Source: a virus. From it: 64,000 nucleotides of DNA. A program made the position numbers and the translations under genes. This document shows, piece by piece, positions 1 through 8,835 of the stretch; the stretch's first letter is position 1, and every line of letters begins with the position of its first letter. The notes under the pieces were generated by a model. That model was not told the origin of the DNA, did not search any database, and worked only from the letters and a program-made list of their open reading frames with translations. The stretch is from IMG/VR virus record IMGVR_UViG_3300045988_036168; one strand, written 5' to 3'.

Positions 1-250
1 CATTTTCATTGAAGCCGTTGACCACGTGCAACATGGCCTCCTCAATGCTCCGATAGCGCCTGCAGATGGTTTCCGCCGTTCCCTTGTGGTGCCCAGCAAC
101 CCCGAATGTGAACGGCTGGTAGCTGTCGTCCTCCTTGTGAATGCCGAGGCTCCAGTGCTTGTACTCGAAGAGCTCGTTGTGCCCTGCCTCCCAGCCGCCA
201 GCCTCCTTGAGCCACTGCAGTATCAGTTCTTTTGTCAGGCGTCTGCTCAT
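1..250 (-). CDS. hypothetical phage protein, 3' end beyond left edge
   Basis: ATG at 250-248 with GAGGAGGAAG RBS just upstream; frame open to base 1 (MSRRLTKELILQWLKEAGGWEAGHNELFEYKHW...). Absent from the ORF track only because there is no stop in the window. Confidence 0.5.
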   Translation of the reverse strand, partial: MSRRLTKELILQWLKEAGGWEAGHNELFEYKHWSLGIHKEDDSYQPFTFGVAGHHKGTAETICRRYRSIEEAMLHVVNGFNEN

Positions 251-361
251 GCTTCTTCCTCCTCGTCTAAATTGTAGTGATGGATAACGGTCGGCTCGTC
301 ATGCCCAATGTCATATACGGTTGCCCGCAAGCCCCTTCCAAATCGTTAGATTTGGTGGGGG

Positions 362-832
362 TTATTGACCAACAATTTTCGTGACCCATTCCGCCTTGAT
401 GAGCGGGATATGCGTTACTGGCAGCTCAAACATCTTACCGTTCGGCTTCAGCAAATCCCGTTTGGCAAGCGGCAAAATCATCGAATCTCCGAAGCCAAAA
501 ATAAGGTCGCTGAAACGGTAGAAATCTACTGTAAGTGTTGGAATCTCCTCCGGCACATTCACCACCAGCATTTCTCTGCCGGGGAAATATGCCCCGGACG
601 GCATACCGGCCTTTCGGACAGCTTCGCGAAGCGCATTAAGGTTCTCAAAGGCGTAGCCAAAGATAAGCCCCAGAGCACTTGTCGCGTTGTGCTCGTTAAA
701 CGTATCCAATAGATACCGATACGCTTTTGCATTCGGGTCTGCCAGAGGATGCTTCGACCAATCAGGAACGACGTCCTTTCCGCATTTGATTGCGGATACC
801 CTGCTGGCAGGCTGCGCTGTATAAAACCTCAT
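362..832 (-). CDS. hypothetical protein (156 aa)
   Basis: ORF track; ATGA start/stop overlap with upstream gene at 829-832; no family recognised. Confidence 0.6.
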   Translation of the reverse strand: MRFYTAQPASRVSAIKCGKDVVPDWSKHPLADPNAKAYRYLLDTFNEHNATSALGLIFGYAFENLNALREAVRKAGMPSGAYFPGREMLVVNVPEEIPTLTVDFYRFSDLIFGFGDSMILPLAKRDLLKPNGKMFELPVTHIPLIKAEWVTKIVGQ

Positions 833-1044
833 GCCTGCTCTCCTGCGCCAAACAGAAATGTCTCCTGCTGGCGGTAGTAGGCCAGCGCTTCTGAGAAGCG
901 GCTTGCCGTAAACGTCTTCGTCTGCTGGGTGTGCGCCTTCTTGTTCCAGACATTGACGGTCAGCTCGATATACTCCAGCTCGTAGTTGATGTTCAGGTTC
1001 ATACTGATGTTGAAGTCCTGCTCGTCCCGGACTTTCAGAATCAT
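829..1044 (-). CDS. hypothetical protein (71 aa)
   Basis: ORF track 829..1086 trimmed to the ATG (MILKVRDEQ...) that follows a GGAGGGAG RBS and avoids overlap with the upstream gene. Confidence 0.5.
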   Translation of the reverse strand: MILKVRDEQDFNISMNLNINYELEYIELTVNVWNKKAHTQQTKTFTASRFSEALAYYRQQETFLFGAGEQA

Positions 1045-1057
1045 GTCTTCTCCCTCC

Positions 1058-1357
1058 TCAATACTTACACTTGATGCCGAAGTCATTCTCGATACAACTC
1101 TGAATGAGCTGGCCCATTCGCCACACCTGATCCGATACGAGCGTGTAGCCGCCGATGCCCCAGTGCCACGAGAAGCTCTTGCCGTTCTTTCGGAACAACG
1201 TGCAGGTCACATCTCTTCCTTTCGTCAGGCGCATCATCACTTCATCGCCATTGAAGCAGCCGAGCGAGATCAGGTTCATTTCCTGCCCGTCTTTCACCTT
1301 CAGTACCACACAGGCATCGTTGTTTGACAACAGTTCCACCATGTCCTTCAGTTTCAT
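1058..1357 (-). CDS. hypothetical protein (99 aa)
   Basis: ORF track 1058..1390 trimmed to the ATG (MKLKDMVELL...) preceded by AAGGAGG. Confidence 0.5.
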   Translation of the reverse strand: MKLKDMVELLSNNDACVVLKVKDGQEMNLISLGCFNGDEVMMRLTKGRDVTCTLFRKNGKSFSWHWGIGGYTLVSDQVWRMGQLIQSCIENDFGIKCKY

Positions 1358-1370
1358 TTCGCATTCCTCC

Positions 1371-1667
1371 TTATCTCTTATGTACGGCATAGACCGTCAT
1401 CCCTGCGCTGTTCTTCACAACGCGATCCTCGAACTCCTGCTCCGACATCGGTTCAAGATAGAAGCGAACCGTATCCAGATTCCCGTCGCTGTCGTATTCC
1501 TTCACGCCGTACAGGACGTGGTCTGCGCCGGTCTCTTTCAGAATCTTGAGGGCTTCAGCCTCGAACTTCTGAAGCTCCCGCCCAACATCTCGGATCGGCA
1601 TTTGCCCGAACGCTACCAGTCCGTTCTCTGTCCAATGTCTCCACCGAACCCAGCCGCCATTTTTCAT
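1371..1667 (-). CDS. hypothetical protein (98 aa)
   Basis: ORF track; 4-nt overlap with upstream gene 1664..2032. Confidence 0.6.
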   Translation of the reverse strand: MKNGGWVRWRHWTENGLVAFGQMPIRDVGRELQKFEAEALKILKETGADHVLYGVKEYDSDGNLDTVRFYLEPMSEQEFEDRVVKNSAGMTVYAVHKR

Positions 1668-2032
1668 ACCGCATATCTCCTTCCGCTCAGGACATCGACC
1701 ACCGTAGTTCCGGCACCGAAAGCCGATCTCATTTCGTGCATCTCTTCGCTGCTGGGCTGCCGACTGGCGTAACCTTTCAGAGCCTCCCGCACCTCTGCTT
1801 CGTAGGTGGCGCGAGTGGCGGACACGTTCACGCAGTCAGGAGCGACCAGCTCAACCTTTTCGAGCATATCGTCAGCCAGCGCACGGCCAATGCTGTTGCG
1901 GGCAACGCCGTCGGCGTCAATGGTAATCTTGCACGAGTCCAAGTCGGACTTCACGCGCTCAAGTTCCTTCTTGGCTTCGGTCTGCCAGAACTGGCCGAGC
2001 TTCCCGCTGAGTTCCATCTGAAATCTGGTCAT
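1664..2032 (-). CDS. hypothetical protein (122 aa), first gene after promoter cassette A
   Basis: ORF track; AGGAGG 8 nt before the ATG; lies ~50 nt downstream of the cassette A -10. Confidence 0.6.
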   Translation of the reverse strand: MTRFQMELSGKLGQFWQTEAKKELERVKSDLDSCKITIDADGVARNSIGRALADDMLEKVELVAPDCVNVSATRATYEAEVREALKGYASRQPSSEEMHEMRSAFGAGTTVVDVLSGRRYAV

Positions 2033-2060
2033 CGTTATTTCCTCCTACTGGTTATCTTAA

Positions 2061-2116
2061 ATTATCCATCTGGTTATCTTATGAGTATATTATACTGCGT
2101 TACCTACCTAAGTCAA
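2061..2116 (-). promoter_or_regulatory. promoter cassette A: TTGACT-16 bp-TATAAT plus downstream 18-bp operator
   Basis: Minus-strand -35 at 2116-2111 and -10 at 2094-2089. Operator ATTATCCA-TC-TGGTTATC at 2061-2078, 10 bp past the -10. The ~110-bp block recurs at 36.4, 45.3 and 58.8 kb. Confidence 0.65.
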
Positions 2117-2184
2117 TAGATTTACGTTAATTTTTCTATATTATTTCCATAATCATAAATTATTCCGTTAATGTTATCAGCAGG

Positions 2185-2214
2185 CAGAAAAAGAGCAGGC
2201 CGCAAAGCCTGCTC
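2185..2214 (-). terminator. intrinsic terminator after 2223..2741
   Basis: 8-bp stem GAGCAGGC/GCCTGCTC (2193-2200 / 2207-2214) followed on the minus strand by TTTTTCTG. Confidence 0.6.
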
Positions 2215-2222
2215 TCGGTTTC

Positions 2223-2741
2223 CTATTCAGTTTCGTCGTAGTCGTCGGGGTTCCACATCAGGCCGTTATCTTCGATGTACTGGGCCATGCTCAATAAAGC
2301 TCTGCCGTGGAGTTTGAACACCCGCTTGCGGTACATATCCTCCCGTTCCAACAGATCCTCCTCGTCCCCGTACAGCAGATCCACCACATCGCCCCAGCTT
2401 GCCCCGTCGAGGTATCGGCTTCGGATGACAGCCCGCTCGTCGGAGTGTTTCAGCCGACGGATGATTTTCTCGAAGAACATCCTCTCCCGCCGTCTGTGTT
2501 CCAGCGTCGCCCGGATGTCTTCCTCAAGGTCGAACTTCTGCTGCATCAAGTCTGAGATGCGGTCGTTGGATGGGCTCGGCGATTTTGGCATATCCGTGAG
2601 GGCTTGGGCTCCCACGCCTACCAGCTTCGTCTCCAACCGCTCCAGCCTCTCGGACTGATTTTCGATTTCACGCCTCAGATCACGGAGGTCTATCAGCCGT
2701 TGCTTGACGGCCTCGACGTCGTAGTGTTTTTCCTCGTTCAT
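2223..2741 (-). CDS. putative phage transcription regulator (sigma-70 region-4-like / DUF1492- or ArpU-like)
   Basis: C-terminal SDERAVIRSRYLDGASWGDVVDLLY...YRKRVFKLHGRALLSM resembles the region-4 HTH of phage late activators. It is the last gene of the replication arm and is followed by a terminator. Weak RBS. Confidence 0.45.
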   Translation of the reverse strand: MNEEKHYDVEAVKQRLIDLRDLRREIENQSERLERLETKLVGVGAQALTDMPKSPSPSNDRISDLMQQKFDLEEDIRATLEHRRRERMFFEKIIRRLKHSDERAVIRSRYLDGASWGDVVDLLYGDEEDLLEREDMYRKRVFKLHGRALLSMAQYIEDNGLMWNPDDYDETE

Positions 2742-2790
2742 AGAGTTCGGAAGCCCCGTTCACCTCACTTTCGCTCTGGCCCCGCGAGGC

Positions 2791-3123
2791 TCACGCCTGC
2801 TTGACCCACTCATACCTCTTCTCGAAGGGCTCAAAGTCCTTCTCTCCGAGGATGCCCTTCAAGTTCATGTCCATCTTGATCTGCCAATAGTCCTGCTCGT
2901 CACCCTTCTCCAGAGCGCCGTGGTACTTGTCGAAGACCTTGCCCCACGCCTCCACCACGCGGCGGATGCGCTTCTCGCCGAAGACATCCTTCCCCATGAC
3001 GGCTGGGTCGTTCAAGGTGAGAATGAGCGTATCGGTCATAAACTGGATGTACGTCTCTTTCTCAGCCTGCCGGTAGACGTTGACCGTGTTCCTCTGCCGT
3101 TGCAGGTATCCGTTCTTTCCCAT
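2791..3123 (-). CDS. hypothetical protein (110 aa)
   Basis: ORF track; same operon and strand; no family recognised. Confidence 0.6.
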   Translation of the reverse strand: MGKNGYLQRQRNTVNVYRQAEKETYIQFMTDTLILTLNDPAVMGKDVFGEKRIRRVVEAWGKVFDKYHGALEKGDEQDYWQIKMDMNLKGILGEKDFEPFEKRYEWVKQA

Positions 3124-3135
3124 GACTATCCCTCC

Positions 3136-4308
3136 TTATGACGATGCTTTGAAGTTGTAGATGGGCCTGATAATCTCCAGCACGTCGCAGGTCGGGCCGA
3201 TGCAGCCCATGATCTCCTTCGTGTCCTTGTAGGCGAACGGCGCCTCGTCTATGGTGTCGTAGCTGATACAGGAGCTATGCACGTTCCGCATCGTCTCTCG
3301 GTAGGCTCCGAGAGAAATAGACTCTCGGGCTTTGCTGCGGGACATCAGGCGGCCAGCTCCATGCGGTGCCGACTGGTTCCAATCGTCGTTGCCCTTGCCG
3401 ACGCAGATCAGAGAACCGTCGCGCATATTCATCGGAATAATCAGGCGCTCGCCCTTCTTAGCAGACACAGCACCTTTCCGCAGGATCATGCTCTCGTGGT
3501 CAATGTAGTTGTGCACGGTCGTAAACTGCTCCTGCGGGACGATGTGCATAGCTTTCAGGATGGCCTTTGCGATGGCCTGACGGTTGGCCTCCGCATAACG
3601 CTGGATGATCTCCATGTCGTTCAGGTAATCGTCCATCAGTTCGCCGGTCAGGTACGCGAGGTCGGGTGCCCCGAAGTCGCTGTGCTGTTTTCTCAGTTCT
3701 TCCAGCGCACCGGCGATTTCCTTCTGCCGGCCAGCAGCCTTGTACTCGGTGACAACACGGCTGATTTCCTCACTGGTGGGCTTTGTCATGGCCTCCATCG
3801 CTCTGCGCTGGTGCCAGTTCGCCACCTCAAGGCCGAGCTTTCGGCTGCCGGTGTGGATCACCAGCCAGAGGCCGCCGCTCTTATCCTTGTCAACCTCGAT
3901 GAAGTGATTGCCACCGCCGAGCGTCCCGATGCTGAGGAGCGCACGGCTGTTGTCGATGCCGACGCATTTCAGGCCGCTCAGGTCGAACCACTCCTTCGGG
4001 TAGTTGTGAGTACAGAAACCGGCCGGCACATTCCAGCGGATGGCCTTGTCCAGCTCGTCAAGGTCGAGCCTCACCCGCCCCAGCTTGACGGCCAGCATAC
4101 CGCAGCCGATGTCCACGCCCACGAGGTTCGGGCAGACGCGGTCGTGAATGGTCATCGTCGTTCCGATAGTACACCCAGCGCCGGCGTGAACGTCGGGCAT
4201 GATCCGTACCTTGGAGCCGTCACTCACGGGATGGCGGGACAGCTTCTCAATCTGCTCCGTCGCTTCCTGCTCGATGGTCTTCGCAAAAATCTTCACATCA
4301 TTGGTCAT
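3136..4308 (-). CDS. rtcB: RtcB-family 3'-phosphate RNA ligase
   Basis: Motifs MPDVHAGAGCTIG, GVDIGCGM, GGGNHFIE, HTGSRKLG, HNY and APHGAGR in the RtcB order; GAAAGGAAAAG RBS. Confidence 0.85.
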   Translation of the reverse strand: MTNDVKIFAKTIEQEATEQIEKLSRHPVSDGSKVRIMPDVHAGAGCTIGTTMTIHDRVCPNLVGVDIGCGMLAVKLGRVRLDLDELDKAIRWNVPAGFCTHNYPKEWFDLSGLKCVGIDNSRALLSIGTLGGGNHFIEVDKDKSGGLWLVIHTGSRKLGLEVANWHQRRAMEAMTKPTSEEISRVVTEYKAAGRQKEIAGALEELRKQHSDFGAPDLAYLTGELMDDYLNDMEIIQRYAEANRQAIAKAILKAMHIVPQEQFTTVHNYIDHESMILRKGAVSAKKGERLIIPMNMRDGSLICVGKGNDDWNQSAPHGAGRLMSRSKARESISLGAYRETMRNVHSSCISYDTIDEAPFAYKDTKEIMGCIGPTCDVLEIIRPIYNFKASS

Positions 4309-4320
4309 CGTCTTTTCCTT

Positions 4321-5094
4321 TCACTCGCTCCACGGAAACTCTGTGATAATGTCGTCACCCCAAATGGGCTTCATACTGTCTTTCATGAACACCGGCTTCC
4401 CGGTCGAGCGAGCGTATTCGACAACAGCCTCGATCCACTCGCGTTTCGGAGTGACTTTGCCTTTCCGGTTTCCTGTTTCAGCTCCGAGTATGAACCAGTC
4501 GATGTTCTTCATCTCGTCAGCTACAATCTTTCCGTCGAACGAGCCGAGAACCGGCTCCATGCTCGCAAAGGTGTGGTGCCGATCAGACCAGAACATCGGC
4601 ATTTCGTCATCGGTCGCCGTAGATCCGTACCAGTAATCATCCCCCTCCGGCAGCAAGCCAGCTTTGTAGAGGTCGATGTACCGCTGCGGGTTCTTTGTGA
4701 GGAACAGGTATCTGTGTCCGGGAGCTTCCTTGCAGGCGTCGAACACCTTCTTGATCCACTCGTCAGGCACCCAGTCCCCGAACAGGTCGGCCATCGAACA
4801 AACGAAAATGGTCTTTCCAAGCCCCTTCGTCAACGGGTCGTTGAGGCGGTACTCGTGGAACGTCGGCGTAAAGCCGAAGGGGTAGGCCGCGTTTCTGGTG
4901 ACACCGTCCTTGCTGGTGACGGTCAGGCGTTCCTTCAGGTACACCACGTTCTCGTCAGTCTCTCCACCGGCCGCACAGTCGCAGCCTTTGAAGCGGTTCG
5001 CGGTCGATCTGGCATAGCAATACGGACAGGAATGATAGCAGCCGCTCACGGGATTCCATGTGCTGTCGCACCACTCGATCTTACTCTTTTCCAT
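4321..5094 (-). CDS. phage Gp37/Gp68 family protein (DUF5131)
   Basis: N-terminal signature IEWCDSTWNPVSGCYHSCPYCYA typical of the family; length 257 aa. Confidence 0.6.
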   Translation of the reverse strand: MEKSKIEWCDSTWNPVSGCYHSCPYCYARSTANRFKGCDCAAGGETDENVVYLKERLTVTSKDGVTRNAAYPFGFTPTFHEYRLNDPLTKGLGKTIFVCSMADLFGDWVPDEWIKKVFDACKEAPGHRYLFLTKNPQRYIDLYKAGLLPEGDDYWYGSTATDDEMPMFWSDRHHTFASMEPVLGSFDGKIVADEMKNIDWFILGAETGNRKGKVTPKREWIEAVVEYARSTGKPVFMKDSMKPIWGDDIITEFPWSE

Positions 5095-5108
5095 TCGATG
5101 CTCTCCTA

Positions 5109-5546
5109 TCAGAACGGGAGTTCGCCGGCGTCATCATCGGCAATCTCCGAAAAATCTCCGCTTGGCTGCTGGTAGCCGTTGTCGTAACCGCCGCCATAGC
5201 CGCCGCCAGACCGATTGCCGCCGTCCTTGTTGCTGTCCCCGAAATAGACATTGTCAGCCACAACCTCCGCGCTGCGGCGGTTATTGCCCTCCTTGTCCTT
5301 CCAGTCGCGGATCTGGAGCCGGCCTTCCACGACGGCCATGCGCCCCTTCGTGAAATACTTGCTCACGAACTCGGCGGTGTTTCTCCACGCGACCACGTCG
5401 ATGAAGTCCGTTTCTTTCTCGCCGCCCTGCCCCTTGAAGTCGCGGTCAACGGCCAGCGCAAACGAGGTCACGGCCGTCCCGCTTCCGGTGCGCCGCAGTT
5501 CGGGGTCACGGGTCAATCTGCCCATCAAGATTATCTTGTTCAGCAT
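5109..5546 (-). CDS. ssb: single-stranded DNA-binding protein
   Basis: OB-fold N-terminus MLNKIILMGRLTRDPELRRTGSGTAVTSFALAV, Gly-rich linker and acidic tail DDDAGELPF. Confidence 0.85.
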   Translation of the reverse strand: MLNKIILMGRLTRDPELRRTGSGTAVTSFALAVDRDFKGQGGEKETDFIDVVAWRNTAEFVSKYFTKGRMAVVEGRLQIRDWKDKEGNNRRSAEVVADNVYFGDSNKDGGNRSGGGYGGGYDNGYQQPSGDFSEIADDDAGELPF

Positions 5547-6234
5547 TCTCGGTATCTTCCTTTCGTTTCAGTCTGTATAGCTTGCACAGGTGCTTATCCA
5601 GCAGGACGCCTCTCGTGAGGTGGTGCTTCTTCTGGAACGTCAGCCACCCTATTACGTGGACTTCGGAATGGTGCTCCCTGCAAAGCGGGAGCACCTCCAT
5701 TCCCTCGTGAATGATCTCCTCGCGGTCGCGGCCCGCGCCGACATGATCGACGTGGTGCAGGTCGCACGGTTTCCCGCAGATGCAGCACTTCTTGCTCACC
5801 AAGCAAGCGTACACATAGTCCTGAACATCATCCACGAAATCGAGCAGAGAGAAGCTGCACGGAATGTCCCAGTCGAGGATGAACCGCACCAAAAACCGCT
5901 GGAACGCACACACAAGGCTCATAGGGGCGTTGCTCAGGGAGAACATCTGGTCAGCCGTCTCCTGCAGGTCTTCTGCGATGAACTTCAGCTTCATGTACTC
6001 CTTGGTCGGGTCAAGCCCCATGCCGGTGTAGTTCGAGATCTCTCGAATGAGCTTGTAACAGGTGCGCCTCTGCTTATCGGACAGCGGGCGGCTGTCGATC
6101 ATCTGGATATTGCACTCCTTGTACTCGCGCTTCAGGAGCATCGGCCAGTCGTCGTAGCGGGCCTTGATGGTCACGATGCCGTGCTTGTCGATGTCAACGA
6201 TCCTACCTCGCACTATGTCGATTGGGCTTTTCAT
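5506..6234 (-). CDS. HNH-nuclease-like phage protein
   Basis: C-terminal CCICGKPCDLHHVDHVGAGRDR...PLCREHHSEVH (Cys pair plus His-rich HNH core). Overlaps the ssb start by 41 nt. Confidence 0.5.
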   Translation of the reverse strand: MKSPIDIVRGRIVDIDKHGIVTIKARYDDWPMLLKREYKECNIQMIDSRPLSDKQRRTCYKLIREISNYTGMGLDPTKEYMKLKFIAEDLQETADQMFSLSNAPMSLVCAFQRFLVRFILDWDIPCSFSLLDFVDDVQDYVYACLVSKKCCICGKPCDLHHVDHVGAGRDREEIIHEGMEVLPLCREHHSEVHVIGWLTFQKKHHLTRGVLLDKHLCKLYRLKRKEDTENAEQDNLDGQIDP

Positions 6235-6267
6235 GCCAGCCCTCCTCTCTGCTCAAATCGCGGTTCG

Positions 6268-7257
6268 TTACGCCTCGGGTTCGTCGTACTCGTAGCCGTT
6301 GGGCTCGTTCTCGTCAGCAGGCTCCTCGGTGACAGGCTCTTCCTCTGCGGCAGCGTCGGTCGCATCCGTCTCCTCGGTCGGCTCCTCTTCGCCCGAAGCC
6401 TCTTCCTCGGCGGCACCCTCCATGCCGACATGGGGAGAGTCGATGTCGAACAGAACCTCGCTGCAATCCTCACACTCAATGGAGATGTTCACGATCTCGT
6501 CATCGCCGTAGCCGACGCACACGACGGCGTGACCGACATGGGGGCTCAGCTTCTCAGCGGAGCAGTAGAACGGGTTCTCGGGGCTGGTCGCGGAGGACAG
6601 GACAACCTTGTTGCCCTGCGTACGGACGGTGTAATTGCCCATCGCCTCGGTGACGTTCATCGTCTCACCGATGAACTGGCGGAGCCAACCGAAGGGCTTG
6701 GACGGATCATGCGCGGGGTCGATGGCTTTCTCCTCAAACTCGCCAGCAGCGTCAGGAGTGGCATCCTCTGCGTCTGCGGGTGCAACTTCCTCTCCGTTGA
6801 TGACGTGGCTCTCTGAGGCCGCAGGAAGCCCTCTGGGCCCTTCGTCAACGACGTCATATTGGGTGTTGGCGAAGTCAGCAGAATCGCCGTCACCATCAAA
6901 GAGTGTGGTCTGGCCGTTGTCGATGTCGCGGTAGAAATACTGGCCGCTGGCCTTATCGAAGACCAGCTCGAAGTTACCGGAGAAGCTGCCGCTCTTCTTC
7001 TCCTTGCGCTGGATGACGTAGGCGACGGTGTGGTCGAACTTCGGCTTCGTCACCTCTCTGGTCTGATGGCCGCCGGCCACGGTGTAGTCGGGGGCCGAGT
7101 CATCGGTGAGGGTGATTTTGACCTTAATGTTGATCTCGCCGGTGTTCTGCTCCGTCTCGATCATGCCAGCCAGCACGTCGCGGAGCGTGGTGTCGAAGTC
7201 AGCGCACAGGCTGTTGAAAGCCTCGCCTCTCAGGGACAGAGAATAGTCCTTGCTCAT
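6268..7257 (-). CDS. hypothetical strongly acidic protein
   Basis: ORF track 6268..7275 trimmed to the ATG (MSKDYSL...) preceded by AAGGAGG; long D/E-rich middle and C-terminal tracts. Confidence 0.55.
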   Translation of the reverse strand: MSKDYSLSLRGEAFNSLCADFDTTLRDVLAGMIETEQNTGEINIKVKITLTDDSAPDYTVAGGHQTREVTKPKFDHTVAYVIQRKEKKSGSFSGNFELVFDKASGQYFYRDIDNGQTTLFDGDGDSADFANTQYDVVDEGPRGLPAASESHVINGEEVAPADAEDATPDAAGEFEEKAIDPAHDPSKPFGWLRQFIGETMNVTEAMGNYTVRTQGNKVVLSSATSPENPFYCSAEKLSPHVGHAVVCVGYGDDEIVNISIECEDCSEVLFDIDSPHVGMEGAAEEEASGEEEPTEETDATDAAAEEEPVTEEPADENEPNGYEYDEPEA

Positions 7258-7271
7258 GGTATTTTCCTCCT

Positions 7272-7502
7272 TCATTTTGTCGTGTCGCGGATGTACTTGT
7301 TTCGGCAGGCTTCACAGCAGAAGTCGTGCCACTCGCCATCCACCTTCGTCGTGATCCATCCGAGCCGCTCCCGCAGCTCTTTCCGGTGGGCCTTCGAGTC
7401 GATGTCCTCGCTATCGAACGGGAACGAAACGTCCTTGCCACAGCAGTCGCACGAGTACACGGCTTCGCCTTCCCAATAGCCGCTAAACTCCAGATCTCTC
7501 AT
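7272..7502 (-). CDS. small Cys-rich (zinc-ribbon-like) protein
   Basis: ORF track; CDCCGK...CCEACRNKY; 4-nt overlaps on both sides. Confidence 0.55.
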   Translation of the reverse strand: MRDLEFSGYWEGEAVYSCDCCGKDVSFPFDSEDIDSKAHRKELRERLGWITTKVDGEWHDFCCEACRNKYIRDTTK

Positions 7503-8212
7503 TCGTCCGTCCCATCCTCGCCCATGAAGACCGAGCCGGCCCGCATCGCTCTGCGCTGGATCTCCTCCAGCAGCGTCGCCGTGCTGATGCCGTCAAGGCT
7601 GGGCAGGCCATTGCCGCCGCAGCAGTCGCATTCGCCGCAGCAATCTTCCTCAACCTCGTCGTCCAAAGAGACCAAGAGGTCAGAGTTAAGAAGCAAAGCG
7701 GGGCGGATGCCGTTCGAGCTGGATGCGTAGTAGTTGACGTAGTAGCCATCGGTGCTGACGTACCACACGAAGCTGGTGTCGTAGGTGATCGGGGAGCGGA
7801 GCCACCGACACGCCCAAGGCGTGACGAGCCAGTACCAGTCATCCTCGTTCAGCGGGATCAACTCCTTGAACTGGCCGTACTGCCAGAGCGTCAGGGGCGC
7901 CGCCTTGACCGTGATGGTGCCGTAGCTCTTGCTACGGTCGGTGCAGCTCAGATCCACCTCAAACGGGAGAATGGCCGCGGCCTCCTCCGATGTGCGAGGC
8001 AGGGCCTCCACCCACTTGTCGATGCGCTCCTTCAAGGTGGAGCGGGTGTAGTCGTTGCGGTTCTCCGCATCGTCCTTGTCGTTGAACGGGCAGGACTCCT
8101 TGCTCTGAGCCAGCAGGACGAACGTGGAGCCGTCGCGCTGTTCCATAACAACGAACTTTTCACCGGCGAAGTTGAAAATGCGGCCGGGGCTGAGTTTTGC
8201 GAGTTTCTTCAT
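7499..8212 (-). CDS. DUF6273-like protein with Cys-rich tail
   Basis: Pattern FVVMEQ...NDYTRSTLKERIDKWV...GIRPALLLNSDLLVS; the GIRPAL segment is shared with the tail-fibre-like gene at the right edge. Confidence 0.5.
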   Translation of the reverse strand: MKKLAKLSPGRIFNFAGEKFVVMEQRDGSTFVLLAQSKESCPFNDKDDAENRNDYTRSTLKERIDKWVEALPRTSEEAAAILPFEVDLSCTDRSKSYGTITVKAAPLTLWQYGQFKELIPLNEDDWYWLVTPWACRWLRSPITYDTSFVWYVSTDGYYVNYYASSSNGIRPALLLNSDLLVSLDDEVEEDCCGECDCCGGNGLPSLDGISTATLLEEIQRRAMRAGSVFMGEDGTDE

Positions 8213-8221
8213 GATTGCCTC

Positions 8222-8644
8222 CTATTCTGTTTCCTGAATTGTCACGACAACCCTCGGGTCGTCGCTGAAGAACTTTCTTACCTGTGCGTCTACAATCTGG
8301 GCGTCATCGTGATAGGCGATGTCGTTCAGGGAGTCGCACACGATTTTGCCGATGTTGTCGAAGTCGGGCTTCTTCATCGGTCTGATTTTCCGCTCGCGCA
8401 TGAGCTGCGCTCTCTTTTTGCTGACACTTTTGGGGATGCCGTAGTACGCCGTGATGCGCACATCAAGCGGTGTGTCCTTGGGGAACTTGAAGTCGTTGCA
8501 TTGACGGCGGTATTCGAGCCTGACGAGGTTCTCATAGCTGACCGTCTTCTCCGGTGTGTAGGGCTGAACAAACGCGCCAGCGTTTCGGAATCGCGGCCTG
8601 CCTTTGCCCGCCGGTTCTCCAAGGACGGAAAACTTCAGCTTCAT
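8222..8644 (-). CDS. rusA: RusA-family Holliday junction resolvase
   Basis: ORF track trimmed to MKLKFSVLGEPAGKGRPRF...; KPDFDNIGKIVCDSLNDIAYHDDAQIV catalytic Asp motif. Confidence 0.7.
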   Translation of the reverse strand: MKLKFSVLGEPAGKGRPRFRNAGAFVQPYTPEKTVSYENLVRLEYRRQCNDFKFPKDTPLDVRITAYYGIPKSVSKKRAQLMRERKIRPMKKPDFDNIGKIVCDSLNDIAYHDDAQIVDAQVRKFFSDDPRVVVTIQETE

Positions 8645-8835
8645 TTTGGTATCTCCGCCCCCTCCACCATCGTCTCGCCAATCCAATACTTGACGAGGTA
8701 TTCGTTGCTTCTCCCGTCCTTCTTCTGCTTCACGGGCTGGACGGAATACCCGTTTCGGAACAGGATCGAGGCGACCGTCACGCGGTCGGCTTCACTCCCG
8801 ATTTTGAGGTAGAAGACCTCTTTACTCCCCACCAT
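8641..8835 (-). CDS. hypothetical protein (64 aa)
   Basis: ORF track 8641..8880 trimmed to MVGSKEVFYLKIG...; ATGA coupling to rusA. Confidence 0.5.
   Translation of the reverse strand: MVGSKEVFYLKIGSEADRVTVASILFRNGYSVQPVKQKKDGRSNEYLVKYWIGETMVEGAEIPK

Noticed and set aside
3277-5175. 632-aa plus-strand ORF. Similar long plus-strand ORFs occur at 5590..6816, 8934..10706, 11728..13272, 13707..14495, 22472..23668, 39920..41020, 40795..41910, 42756..43826, 56378..57241 and 60133..61347.
   Set aside because: These are antisense shadow ORFs of motif-supported minus-strand genes (RtcB, DnaC-like, RecT, C5 methyltransferase, endolysin and others) in high-GC DNA. They are Arg/Leu/Ala/Gly/Val-rich with low complexity. 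They have no RBS and no recognisable motif.
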